From NCBI GenBank assembly GCA_053919585.1, contig CM132785.1: 64,000 nucleotides of DNA; one strand, written 5' to 3'. Within the stretch, counting starts at the first letter, position 1, and each line of letters opens with the position of its first letter. A program made the position numbers and the translations under genes. The stretch comes from Euprymna scolopes. Taxonomy: Eukaryota. Positions 26,519 through 39,230 of the stretch are shown in pieces. The notes beneath the pieces were generated by a model. It made no database searches, was not told the DNA's origin, and worked only from the letters and a program-made list of their open reading frames with translations.

Positions 26519-27932
26519 TATTTTTTCATTTTTCTTATCATTTTGTTTAAGCCAGGGATGGGGCATCCTACCAGATGCCAAACATACACCTGCTATTTTA
26601 GACACTCCAACCGAGAGATCTTTTTAAGATTCTACCCGTCCCTTTAAGTGCAATTGTTTGAATCTCCTTTGCACTTGGTTTACCTGGTATATTTGTAAGA
26701 TAGTTTGTAAAATTCTTTTTCATAAGTCCGGTTGCTCCTATAATTACTGGAATGATAGAGATCTTCTTAAGGTTCCAGTTTCTTTTCATGTCATACATAA
26801 GACCCTGGTATTTGGTAATCTTTTCCCTCTCAGCTCTGTTTAACCCAGCATCATTCGGGACACTAACTTCCACCAAGGTTGCTTCCTTCTCCTTCTTGTC
26901 CCATATTACAATGTCGGGTTTTATAGCTCCGTTTTCTAGGTACGTGGCTGTAGGGATTGCATAGTCATAGTGGATGATATATGACTTGTTTCCGACTGTT
27001 CTTTCGGGTATATGTTCCCATGACTTCTTGCTGCATTCGATATTTAACTTATTGCAGATCGTCCAGTGGAGATATTTGCATACTTCATTGTGTCGCATTG
27101 TATAGTAGCCGTCCCCTAGCAGAACCTTACAGCTAGAAATCAGGTGGCTCACACTCTCTACTTCTGTGTGGCAGAACCTGCATTTGTTGTCTTTGCTGAG
27201 ACCACTCATCTTTTTAAACACATTGGTCATCAAGCCTTGATCTTGGGCAGCTATTATAAACTTCTCCTGGTCATAGTGGAGCGATCCATCCTTTAGCCAG
27301 CTTATAGACCCTTCCTTATCAATATAGTCTTGGTTATATTCGTCCAGAAAATACTTGGCCCGTTGTTGGTTGGTCCATTCTTCAACTTTCTTGTCATGGA
27401 AAGCTTTAGTGTATTTCTGGCGACTTTTTCTGGCTATTTCAGTCGCAGGTATCTTTTCTGTTTCTGTCTCGCTTGTAAGACAGTCTTTCCCAAAATGTTT
27501 GGCCAGTTTTGTGATGGATGTTGTTCTACTGGCTCTTGATTCCTGATGTTGGTGTACCATCTTGAGAGTTGGGTTTTTAGAGCTCATCAGATATTGTCCG
27601 GTGCTCACAATAATTGCACGATGTTGATGGTCAATCTCCGAGAGCCCCATACCTCCTTTCCATCTGGGCAGATACATTCTAGACAGACACTGGTTTCTGT
27701 ATATTACTTTATACATTGTCAGCATTTTACATGTCTTAGTGTCTAGTCTATTTATGTCTTTTTGTGGCCAGTCGACAATACCAAAACTGTATGTTACCAC
27801 TGGCATGGCTAGTTGGTTAATGGCAGTTATTTTGTTTCTGCCTGTGAGTTCTGTTTTGCATATCTTCTTGACTCGGCGTATGTACTCACTTCCAATTTTG
27901 TTTCTCTCTTCTATGCCAAGGTATTTGTATCC
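26519..27932 (-). mobile_element. 5'-truncated RLE-type non-LTR retrotransposon (R4/Dong-like); 444-codon open frame 27932-26598
   Basis: GYKYLG (RT motif 7), MYLPRWKGGMGL (thumb), CRFC-x8-H-x4-C knuckle, RHN, KPDIV, EVSVP and EREKITKY (PD-(D/E)xK nuclease). Short 3' UTR with an A-rich tail. Candidate TSD GAAAAAA at 27933-27939 and 26512-26518. Confidence 0.9.
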
Positions 27933-28717
27933 TTTTTTCCAGTATGCGTTCGCATATGGCGCAACATATTTTGTTTCTGTGTAAAAGAGGAGTGACATAC
28001 TTCACATGAATATGGCTTTTCTCCAGTATGAGTTTTCATATGGCGCAACAAATGATGTTTCATAGTAAAAGAAAAACCACATACTTCACAAGAATATGGT
28101 TTCTCTCCAGTATGTGTTCGAATATGTTGCAATATTTTTTGTTTTGTTGCAAAAGAAGACCCACATACTTCACAAGAATATGCTTTCTCTCCAGTATGTG
28201 TTTGCATATGTTGCAACATACTGTGTTTAATTGCAAAAGAATAACCACATACTCCACAAGAATATGGTTTCTCTCCAGTATGTATTCGTAGATGTACTAA
28301 CATATTTTGTTTCTTTGTAAAAGAAGTGTCACATACTTTACAAGAATATGGTTTCTCTCCAGTATGTGTTCGCATATGTACTAACATATTCTGTTTCTTT
28401 ATAAAACAAGAGCCACATACTTCACAAGAATATGGTTTTTCTCCAGTATGCGTTTTTATATGTAGTAACATATTTTGTTTCCGTGTAAAAGAATAACCAC
28501 ATACTTCACAGGAATATGGTTTCTCCTCAATATGTGTTCGCATCGGTGGCAACATGCTTTCTTTCCTTGGAAGAGAAAAGCCACATAGTTCACAAAAATA
28601 TAGGTTTTCTCCAGCATGTTTTCGCATATGTGGCAGCCTACTTTGTTTAATTGGAAGAGAAGAACCACATACTTCACAAGAATATGGTTTTTCTCCATTA
28701 TCAGATTTAGTGTTCAT
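27911..28717 (-). CDS. C2H2 zinc-finger protein, 9 tandem fingers (finger 2 lacks the first His)
   Basis: Repeats of [16 protein letters not shown] with TGEKPY linkers; the last ~6 codons are LINE-derived. The true start or upstream exons are uncertain. Confidence 0.9.
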   Translation of the reverse strand: MNTKSDNGEKPYSCEVCGSSLPIKQSRLPHMRKHAGENLYFCELCGFSLPRKESMLPPMRTHIEEKPYSCEVCGYSFTRKQNMLLHIKTHTGEKPYSCEVCGSCFIKKQNMLVHMRTHTGEKPYSCKVCDTSFTKKQNMLVHLRIHTGEKPYSCGVCGYSFAIKHSMLQHMQTHTGEKAYSCEVCGSSFATKQKILQHIRTHTGEKPYSCEVCGFSFTMKHHLLRHMKTHTGEKPYSCEVCHSSFTQKQNMLRHMRTHTGKKDTNTLA

Positions 28718-28921
28718 TTTATAAGTTGAAATATTTGAGATTTTTTCAGTACAATTTGAGTTTTCTATGTTTTCTTATTGTACTTTTATGCTAGAATTGG
28801 AATAAATTAAAAAACACTTTTTTCAATTTCTCATGCATTTAGAATTTCGTAGATCTGTTAAAATAGTCATGATTTATACTTTTCTCACATTTTAAAAGAA
28901 AGCATGACTTCTTATTGAATG

Positions 28922-28922
<1 letters not shown>

Positions 28923-28977
<55 letters not shown>
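28923..28977. repeat. (TA)n microsatellite
   Basis: Direct; similar tracts at 16378-16423, 41990-42069 and 58201-58279. Confidence 0.95.
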
Positions 28978-28980
<3 letters not shown>

Positions 28981-31867
28981 TATGTGTTACTTTTCTAGTA
29001 TTTGTGAAGCTGGAATTTTGCATTTATTATATGATATGTGTGCTTTAATTATCCATGAGTGGGTATTCAATGAGTAGTCCAGCTAATGTTAGATTCAATA
29101 ATACAAATGATTTTTTCAATTTATTATCATGAAATGCGATTTGATGAATGAAAAAAAATCGTATAGCTCACAAGGGTATGATTTATCTCATCCAGACTGG
29201 TACCTTTAGGCATTTGTTCTTTTTTTTATTGGTTGCTGGATATTCTGCAAAATTTTAAAAAGTACAAATTTCAAGAAAAAATGATTATTTAATATGTTCT
29301 TTTCAAACTAAAGTATTTTTAAGATGTTATGACAGTATTGTCACGGTTATCTTTTGTATGGATAAATAAGATATTTGATTAGAAAATAAAGATCTCATAA
29401 ATTTCACAGTCGTGATAGGTAACAGTGATACCCTTATTTACAAGCAACATTCAGTGGAAAGATTAAAAATGTAAGTATAGTTCAATAGTCATAGGAAAAT
29501 GGATATATCTCTGGTGTTAAAACATGGCTTCCGCATCTGCAAACTAAAAACAAAAACACCAATTAAAAAGGTATTAAAACATTTTTATTTTAATGACTTG
29601 ATTACTTTATTAAAATAAATTTCTGTGTGAAAACATATTTAATAATTTAATGATACTCATTTTTTGATTTCCAATCCGATAAAAGTATAATTTATGTGTA
29701 TGAATGCTTTGGCATTTGGTGATTATTGAACAAAAATCTGAGAATTTTGCTTATACACATATTGATATTCATTTATTTCAATGTGTTTATTTCATTTAGT
29801 AACTGATGAAGAAAGTAGCCATACTTTCCAAGTTAGCTGAGTGCAATTACAAAGTTATTCCTAGATTAGTTGACAGATATACACAAAAGCCTTGCTACAG
29901 CCAATTATGATAGCCAGAAACTATGTACAAATTACATAGGTTAAACTGTACCATGCAAAACGTTTATGTTAACTGCAATATAAATGAGTTGTTTGCACTC
30001 AATCATTTTGAATATGACTCTGAAAGCAATGTTTAATTCAAACTTTAAAAAATGCTTGAAGGAAGACTTAAAAGCAACGAGAATTAATGAAGACTTGAAT
30101 GCAATTATAGTTGAAGAACGATATAAAGAATCAAATTTGCAAGTTTTTGGCAAATAAACAAACTATCTTACTTACATTGTGACGGAAAATTATAGCTTAA
30201 AACTGATTCTACATGGAAGACTTGCAACAGCAGTCCTATTCCAAATCGACTCATGTAGAAAAGATAGTAATGTAGTAGTTGATTCTGGGTGCTTCTACAC
30301 TATACTGAAATATTCTATACTTAGCAAAGCAAACTGTTTAGCTGATTACTCTTGGTGTTGCAATGCAACCATATAGAGCTGATAAGTTAAAGCATGGTCG
30401 TAATTTAAATCAGGATATTGGTGAAAGACGTGCTTAGGTTTGAGCTGCTGCTAAAAATAAATGCAATGAAAACTCTTGGCAGAATATCTTGCTCTAAGTC
30501 AGGCAAAGTACAATTAGTAAAAAATTTGTTTCTGTATGTGCAGCTGCATTGAATACAATGCATCTAGCAAGCTTAAAAATAATGTATAAATGCTGAAAAC
30601 AGTCAAGAGACATTTTATCAAAGAATTATAAGCCATGGATAATTGTTCTCTATGAACAAGAAAATATTTAATTTTCAAAATTGTACTCTCGTAGATGCAA
30701 ATCATCAAGCAGAGCAAAACAGAAAAGTGCACCATATGATGAACTACTAGATCATTCTTCATATTTATGCATACAGTGCAAACTAAGAGAAATGAAACAA
30801 TGATGTCCAAGTATTTGTTGTGATAACTATGATCTGCCTATTTTTGACAGCAGATCATAGTTAAGCATGACAGTACCTAGTGTTTATCCAGGGTGGGATT
30901 TGTTCTGAATGTTACTCTGACAATAACAAGGTATATTATGGATGCAGCTTTATAATGAGATAATCAAATCAAGAAATAAATCTCAGTACATATTTACAAA
31001 ATATATGAAAGAGTAACACCATAACCCAATATTTCTGAATATTTTTAAACTTTTGATTAGTGTCTCGAATTAGAGGTCTAGGGATTGAATTGTATCCTAT
31101 TTTGGAAAAGGATTTTCAGACATCCCAAACATTATTGCCAGGGGGAATTTTTTCTCTCTCTGTAAATACTCAGTAAATGACCCTCTCTTCCTTCTGAGTA
31201 TCCATCAGCAAACTAAGCACATTGTCAAAAAAGATAGAATAACTTCACTGGCATATGCTAATGTGCATCAATAACAACAGGATACAACAAGCTGATTTAT
31301 TTAAAAGCGAATAGCAAATAGACTCTTAAACAGGTTCCTAGAAGCTTGTTTGCAGATATGTATTCCTGCCTGTGACAGCTGACTCAAATATAATGACGTC
31401 ATTTGAACACCAGCCACACTGGGATGAAACGGATGAGATATTAAAGGAAACTGGCCGTTTCTAGGAAAAACTGATCTTTGAATCTGCAATTGCCATCTGT
31501 TGATAGTGAACGTCCTTTTATCCAGTGCAGAATCGATACAAATTAGAGAAAAATTGAATCCTCAAATTTATGGTAAAGTTTAGTAATAATGTTACCCACT
31601 ACTTCACACATCGATTGTGGGTCAATAAGGTTTGAAGTCTTATGACTCCAACAGTGAGAGGATTCTGCAGCCTTTATTAAGTATCTTAATTCTGACAACA
31701 ACACTAATGATCAGTTTTCCAGTGTGTATACAAACTATAGGGAAGGCTTTCAACAGATCAAGCAATAAATAATTGTTGCATTGTATGAGAGGTTGTTTAT
31801 TGGTACATGGTCATGTGTAAAGATAATATCCGTGGTTTGACAGCACTAGCGATTGCATTTCAAGTGA

Positions 31868-32960
31868 TTTCAGTATTGCAAAACTTTCATATGATGTTGC
31901 AAAATTATTTGTATGATATTGCAAAATTATTTGTATGATAAAATGAAGTAATTGGTGAATATAATTCGCCCATAATATTTTCTTTTTTTTTGTACGGATA
32001 ATTATTTTCATTTTATTAAAAAAAATATTTGCATATGATGTTTTACAATTTGTTCAAAAGACAATGCAGAGACCTAGTAGGAAAACTGTGATCACAGACA
32101 GAAATAGAAAAGGAAACAGTACACCTAGTGGAAGAGAAGAATATAACAATATTAACTGAGATAAGGAGCTATTTACTCACCAGATTTGAGAATATCCACG
32201 GGAGTACAATCTCCTGTTACCTAAACAAGCAGAAGCTTACAGTAAAAATGATCCAGATCATACTGACAGAAAGGAACTTGGAGTGGACAAAGAGTCTGAA
32301 GTTTGAATATGCCTGGGAATTAGGACATATAACCTACATGCGACCATGAACGCAATTAATATACTTAGACGAATCAGGGTTCAGTATGAATTTGACAAGG
32401 CAAAGGGAAAGAGCACTACCAGAAATAAGCCCAATGACAACAGTGCCTGCATCACCAAGAAGAAACCTGAGTTTATTGCAAGCCATTTCCAGGGAAAGAG
32501 TGTTGTACCATGAGATGTATACAGGTAGTACAAATGCTGAAACATTCAGGTGGTTTCTGGTTGACTTGGAACCTACGTTACTTGATCAGGCCATAGTAAT
32601 CATGGATAATACATGTATACACCATGCTAAACGTCGGGTAGTCCTGTTAGTATATGTATAAGAATAACAGAACGTCTCTAACTAACCAAATTACAAGACT
32701 TCAAAGGTCTACTTTTTAAAGTCAGTCCATATTTCGATGAACAAACTGTAAACATCACAAGCAAATATTTTTTAAGTAAAATTAAAATAATTATTTATAT
32801 TCACAGCACAATATCATACAAATCATTTTGCAATATCGTACAAATATTTTTGCAATATCATACAAAGTTTTGAAATATCATACACAAGTTTTACAATATC
32901 ATAAAAATATTTTTGCAGGTACTTCATGAAAACTTTTACAATATCATAAAAATATTTTTT
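31868..32960 (+). mobile_element. IS630/Tc1-type (DDE_3) transposon, internally truncated, with repeat-built TIRs
   Basis: ORFs 32128-32349 and 32386-32661 share a frame across one TGA: LIYLDESGF...GSTNAETFRWFL...VIMDNTCIHH. Ends are ~20-bp modules, ttgcaaaattatttgtatgata versus tatcatacaaa...ttgcaa. Confidence 0.75.
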
Positions 32961-33299
32961 GAAGTCCTTCAAGAAATGGTAGTAAAAATTTCTTTTGTTG
33001 GACACTGGATAAAAAATTTCTCAAAACTATACTTGACGAACATTTTGATTTAAAACTAAGAAAATACATCTGTAAGATTTTCTCTAATCAAATTGTTTTT
33101 CTTCCACTCAGAAAACAAACGTTAACTTTGTTCAACATACAACATGAACTGTAATGAGTAAAATTATAGTGGCAATATAAAAATAAAGAAAAAAATTCAG
33201 AGTAAATAAATTTCGTTCTTGTGAAAATGTTTAAAAATGTAATCACTCAGAGGATGAAAGTCTGGATGGAGCACTGACAGTAAACAGAAGAAAGGTTGT

Positions 33300-34830
33300 A
33301 TCAACAACAAGAACTACAAAAACAACAGAAAACTGAAGAAAAGGTGATCCAACAAACAGAAATAAAATGAATAACTTCAACAAGAACAACAACAAAAATA
33401 GAACAGCCCTAGAAAAAAAAATTACTTCTTTGAAAGCTGAACAATAAAACACTCACTAAGAGCAAAAAAAAAACACAAAAAAAAACACTGTGAGACTTAT
33501 CAACGTTTCAGATGTAGACAAAACATCTTACGCTTTCTTTAAAAGGCATGAAAGCCTTGTCAACTTCAAATGTGAGGACTGGCCAGATGTAAAAAAAAGG
33601 CTAACTACTTTTACAAAAGTTAGAATCACAGCAGATTCGTGGACTATGTTGTACCTAAAAACAACAATGATCTAGAGATTATGGAAACACTGAAGTAACT
33701 GTCAGAACTTTTCAGCCCTAATATTGAACTGTTCCACAAAAGAGCGAATGTTTTAATTTTTCTAAGTATGATTATGAAAATTAACATCCACATCCGTTGT
33801 AAACAAACATTATAATGACTTTAGACTAGCGGCATTGTTGGCAAATGATTTTAAATGATTCATTCAGGGACTAATGTTCAAAAACGATTTCGAAATCAGA
33901 CAAAGAGTACAAGTGAAATTTGAAAGCAAGCTCAATCTGTCTACAGACACTTGTGAAGGATTGCCAAGGGTTTGCAAACAGGAGAAGCTATTCTAAAAAC
34001 ATGGGGCTATCTACATATGTCACATATAACATATGTCAGAAAAGTAAAGTATAAATTCAAATAAATTTCCTGAAAAGTGAAATAAGGATATGTCAAATCA
34101 CATTTTCAATATAAATCTAAAAAGAACTCCTCTGTAAAAAAGAGAAAAGAATTTGGCCACCCACCTTTTCTAAACAAACAAACCATATGAAAACAGAAAA
34201 AATTGCCTTTGGGATCATGTTACTAATGTGTAGTATTACCTTGGGAAAAATGCACTTTTCAGAATAAAACTTAAAATTGCAGCCAGCTTGGTCAGAAAGA
34301 AAAAAAGGAAAAGCAAAAAAGAATTCGACATACAAAATCCAACAAAAATTCAGACAAAATTTTATACTAGTATGTAATAGTCATAATATTTAATAAAACA
34401 GTTAAATTACAGTTCAACACTGGGTCTGATCTTTCCATAATAAAATTCCATCCGTGGAAACCTACTTTACCAAAAACACAAAACTAAGCTCCAAATAAAA
34501 TTATTTTTATTGGCAATAAAATTACTTTTATTGGCAAATTAATTTTACCAGTAAACGGTATAATTAAAAAAAAAAAGTTTCCTATTAAAAACTTCTGAGA
34601 ATTTCCTTGGGGCGAACTGGATGAACCCTTTTAACATTTGGGACCTTTCAATAAACACTTTTTACCAGAAAATAGAGACATCCCATCAAATTCCAAGGAT
34701 TTAAAAGCTGAATTAAAACACAACTTTCCTGCAATTTTTTTCAGCTTGATTTGACAGATGCACTAAAATGAAAGACAAATTTGATGTAAAAAAGCATAAC
34801 ATATTTAAAAAAAGAAATTTTAGACACTCT
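33300..34830 (+). pseudogene. Highly decayed Gypsy gag/protease remnant
   Basis: KTVKLQFNTGSDLS resembles a protease LDTGSD site; FFKRHESLVNFKCEDW is gag-like. Confidence 0.45.
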
Positions 34831-35063
34831 TAAGAGAGTGATACACAAATGGACTAACCTTACAACCATTCTTGCAAGTGTATGGAATTATGTTGAATCC
34901 AAATAGTCTATCAGCGGTATAACCTGCTGAAACCATATTCACATGAAAGGTAAGATCGATTTTTGATAAACTCTTTCAGAAACAATCAAAATTATGTAAG
35001 ATCACATACATAACCAAAAGTAAAGTTAAAGTTTTTTGCAAAAATTAAAAAAAAAACACTTAC

Positions 35064-35300
35064 AACTCTACTTTCAACCGAGTCGTTGTTTGTTTCGTTC
35101 ACCACACTCTTTTCTTCTACCTCTTCTTTTACACACGTCCGTTTGTTTTCGTGACTCAAAATCGTCTCTCTCCCCACTTTTCTCTCCTCGTTATTTATGG
35201 AATCAGGGTACGAGATTCTCCGAGATTCCACGAGACTTTTTTCCACATAAATGCATGCGGGCGCCATCTTGATTCTTAGTTTGTGCTCTGCAGGCACAAA
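35064..35300 (-). promoter_or_regulatory. Candidate first exon/promoter of the zinc-finger gene
   Basis: CpG-richer patch with AAGATGGCG (YY1-like motif/start context, ATG at 35267), 68 open codons (MAPAC...VKEE...ESRV), then a GTAAGT donor at 35063-35058. Confidence 0.45.
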
Positions 35301-35859
35301 CGCGCAGTCTCTTTAACGCTAAGCCACTTTCTCCACAAGTTCATTGTGGGAAATAGATACGATCAGAAAGACGATTGGTAATATTATATATATCATACAA
35401 GTTCTGAGACATACTTAAAACTTCCACTAAAATGCTGCTTAGATGATACTAGCAACTTATTACCTGTAGAAGAAGAACAGATTGACAGCATTTTTGAGAC
35501 GCTAGGTATTGACCAGCTCCACCCAACCCACGAATTTTTTTATAGTTCACTATATCTTCATTAAAGACTACAACTCTCGTTTTTTATGTATTCTGTTATG
35601 TTTAAGTACAAATACCTATTCTAAACTATATCTGTGTCCGAATCTTTCTTAGTGAGCTTTCCAGGTTAGAGCACCTTTTCATGAAATGAATACTGGAGAT
35701 TTCATGATTTTACATTATAAAATAAACAGAATTGTAGATTTACAGATTTGATATCAAGGAATAAAAAAGGAAGATTTTATGATTGTATATCAAGAAATAA
35801 AAACAGATTTAACGATTTTATATCATGGACTGACAAGAATTCTAGAGAGAGAACTAAAA

Positions 35860-36340
35860 TGTATAAGTGTGGCCCATAAGTCTCCTCCCACACCTTGGTA
35901 AAGTAATCTTTGATCACTCTAGTGATAGTTCACCAACTTGTTAAATTTCTTTCTGAACACAAACACTAATTTTGGCAACTCTGTTCTATTACAAATATTC
36001 TAGTGATCATCTTTGCATACATACACCATTCATTGTAAAGCTAGGCTAGTAATGCTTAATATATCGAAAGCCTTTGACAGTGTAAGTCATAAAAATATTC
36101 TCATACAAATAAAAATCTCATACAAATTAATTCCTACAATATTACTAAACAGATATTTTATATAATCAGATCATTCTTAAACAAAAGAGATATTCTAGGT
36201 GTTATTGTTGATCCTATGTATAAACAATATGACAGTAATACAAGTGAGTACCAGGTGTCGATCTTTTGATCTTTATTATTTCTGATTTTCATAAAGGAAC
36301 TCTCAGATGAAATTGAATATTAGATGAGTATTTACTGATT
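35860..36340 (+). pseudogene. CR1-like LINE RT remnant
   Basis: PISLL, ARLVMLNISKAFDSVSH and a decayed GVPQGSILGPLLFLIFINDL-type motif. Confidence 0.7.
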
Positions 36341-36628
36341 AATCCATGTTCTGTTCTCAACATGTAGGCAAAACAAATCCATGCATCCAAGTTAATGACT
36401 GAACCCTTAGATGATCTTCAGTTTGTGGTGGAATGAGACCACAAATAAAATTTATTACTACTATTAGAATGCTATGTTCCTTTAAAAGTTTTAAAAAATC
36501 ACTCAATGGCTAATAGCACCCTAACTGAACGCCCCTCATTCAAACTCCTTCGCCTTACAATCACATTTAACATGCATTGAAACAAATACATAGAATACAC
36601 TTCTGCATGTCACTTACAATGTAAATAT

Positions 36629-37075
36629 TATGGTGATTGCCGGGAGCTGGTGTCTTGTTGAAGTAGGAAGTGGGAAATACAGAAATAAAGATTGCTGAAC
36701 TCACACAAGAATTGGAGAAAATTATGTGTATTAAATTGAAAATATTACAAAGAAAAGGTTCTTGCAAAACTAATTGTGTTTGCGGCTTTAGAAGTCCAAT
36801 AAAAAGTTCTTTATCGTCCAAAAGTTTGGACGGCTCCCTGAAAAAGTTCAATCAAAATTCGGCGGCAAATTTAGGAGAGATTTTCCATAGTTGTCTATAG
36901 GCCGACGATTGATTCAAAAGGAGGGCGAATCTGTTTTTCCAGAATTCTGCTTATATTAAATGTTTGTTGATTGGCCAAGGAGCTTCATCCTAGCCAATCA
37001 AAATAGGGCTTTCAGAAAGGAGAAGTGGTCGATATAATTAGTTTGAACAAAGGGAGGTAACTACTTTTTTTTATA
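36629..37075 (-). mobile_element. Solo LTR of the BEL/Pao family, 4-bp TSD ATAT
   Basis: Reverse complement of the 45596-46035 LTR; ATAT at 36625-36628 and 37076-37079. Confidence 0.9.
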
Positions 37076-38922
37076 ATATGTCTTCATTTTCAAACACATA
37101 AAATCATTCTATCTATTGTAGTTCAATTTTGTATTTAACTATCAAGAGTAAAATAAGCCTATAAGTGTGTTTTTTAATTTATAAGTGGAACATTATTTTG
37201 TCATAAATTTACAGTAGAACATTATTTTGTCATAAATTACTTTTGTTGTTTTTAGACGTATAATTCTCAAATATTAGCCAATTCTACTTCTCAACTTGTC
37301 TTTCAAGAGGTTTTCTAAAGTCCATAATGTTTCAAAATAGTTTCTATTAAGAAATTTCCACATTCTTCTTGTTAACTTAAAACTGTTTTGAAAAGACTAG
37401 TGTCATAAGGGATAAAGTATTACGTCAAATTCAGCTAAAAGCGACACTCTTCTAGAGGTTGAAGGTTCAATACTCAATAGAGACAATACTAAGAATACAA
37501 CTTATTTAAGACCAAATCACTTATGGCTGGTAGAACGAGAGCATGCTACTCTGTGGATAAAATAAAGTGTTATATTCAAAATTCTGTGCAGATTTCAGAG
37601 TTCAACGGGAAGATATCCAAGTTCAACAAAATACATCTGAAACGTTGTGAAAATAACACTCAAGATAAGTAGAGTAGTCCTAATAATTCAAATATAAATT
37701 ATCAATCCTGCATCTAAAATTAAGAAACAAAATACTATTTCAAGAGCAAATATATTTTATAATTTTTATATAATTTTGAAGAGAATGTTGTTTTAATAAA
37801 AATCAATGCATCTATAAAAAAATATTCACTTTTAATATTTCCATTTTTTATGAAACTTATCTCGAAGACCTTGAACACTATTTTTTTACTTTATCTTATT
37901 AAAACTTTAGTTTCATCTTTTTTATTTAAAAATACTAAGGACAGTATTAATTTCTGAGTAGAATATTCATTAACGTTGTGATGTTCAAAGTAATTGACCT
38001 TACAGAAATCTACAATTTAAAAAATAAAATAAACTCATACAATTACAATAACCATTAAAGAACTAATAAACGTTAGAATTTTTACAAATAGGAATAATCA
38101 ACTGTTTTTCAAAAACTATTTTTGCATTAATCAGTTTGTTTTCGTTAAAGGTCATACAGCTGTACTTGAGGAATTTGGTCATAGATACATGCAGTTCAGA
38201 TGTTGTTCTATAAGTCTGTAAGAATAAATCAAATAATTTTAGCCTAATACTTTTATTACACAAGGAATTATGTTTTCTTCCTGCTGTAAATGTATTTATA
38301 GCATTCTAATTTTTTAAAGTATTTTTACACTAAAAAATTAAATCTGTTATTTTTTACAGGAATTTAAATATTAATCTGAAGGTAAAATAATATAATTCAA
38401 AATCAAATAATTTGAAGTTAAAATTAATTAGTTTTCTAAATTGGAGTAAACCTTCAAAACAATAAAATGAACAGGTAATGGAAAGTATTAATTGAAGTTA
38501 AAACTACTTAATTATAAAATTATAGCTTTGAATACATTTTAATACCAAAAAATTGAATCTCACGTCTTTTTAAATGAATAAATCTGAAGGTAAAATACTA
38601 TACTTAAAAATCAACATTTGAAGTTACAATCACTAAATCGAAGGTAAATCGTCAAAACAAAATCTGATACCCCCCCCCCTAAAAAATGAGCAGGTAATGG
38701 AAAATCTAAGTTGGAGATTATACTTACATTTTATGCATTCTTGTGATTTATCTGTTGAAAAAAATAATGCTGATATTTAATAAGGAAAGGAGATAACACT
38801 AAAATGTTTTAAGACTTCATAAATTGTATTGTTTTTCAATTGGAAAAGAAATCGACAAAGAAAATAATCTCTCAAAATAAAATGGAATGTAAACAAAAAG
38901 ATGAGTACAGTCTTTGTTGAAT

Positions 38923-39230
38923 TATTTTTGTATTATAATTCATCTAATATTTTTGTATTATAATTCATCTAATATTTTTGTATTATAATTCATCTAATAT
39001 TTTTGTATTATAATTCATCTAATATTTTTGTATTATAATTCATCTAATATTTTTGTATTATAATTCATCTAATATTTTTGTATTATAATTCATCTAATAT
39101 TTTTGTATTATAATTCATCTAATATTTTTGTATTATAATTCATCTAATATTTTTGTATTATAATTCATCTAATATTTTTGTATTATAATTCATCTAATAT
39201 TTTTGTATTATAATTCATCTAATATTTTTG
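38923..39230. repeat. Perfect 25-bp minisatellite, ~12 copies (atatttttgtattataattcatcta)
   Basis: catct recurs at 38941, 38966, 38991 and onward. Confidence 0.95.

Noticed and set aside
27933-27998. Start of the 466-aa ORF ([10 protein letters not shown]...) as the real LINE protein N-terminus
   Set aside because: These codons are the last zinc finger read in another frame; LINE homology begins at GYKYLG.
26598-28717. An autonomous R2-like element with its own N-terminal zinc fingers
   Set aside because: The fingers have host-type TGEKPY linkers, RT motifs 0-6 are absent, and a candidate TSD and further fossil fingers flank the LINE part.
29950-31800. Possible minus-strand BEL/Pao remnant
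   Set aside because: Only faint motif resemblance; cannot be supported without an alignment.
36567-36900. Small ORFs recurring at 36.6, 45.8 and 53.1 kb as a conserved gene
   Set aside because: They are translations of the same LTR and change frame between copies.
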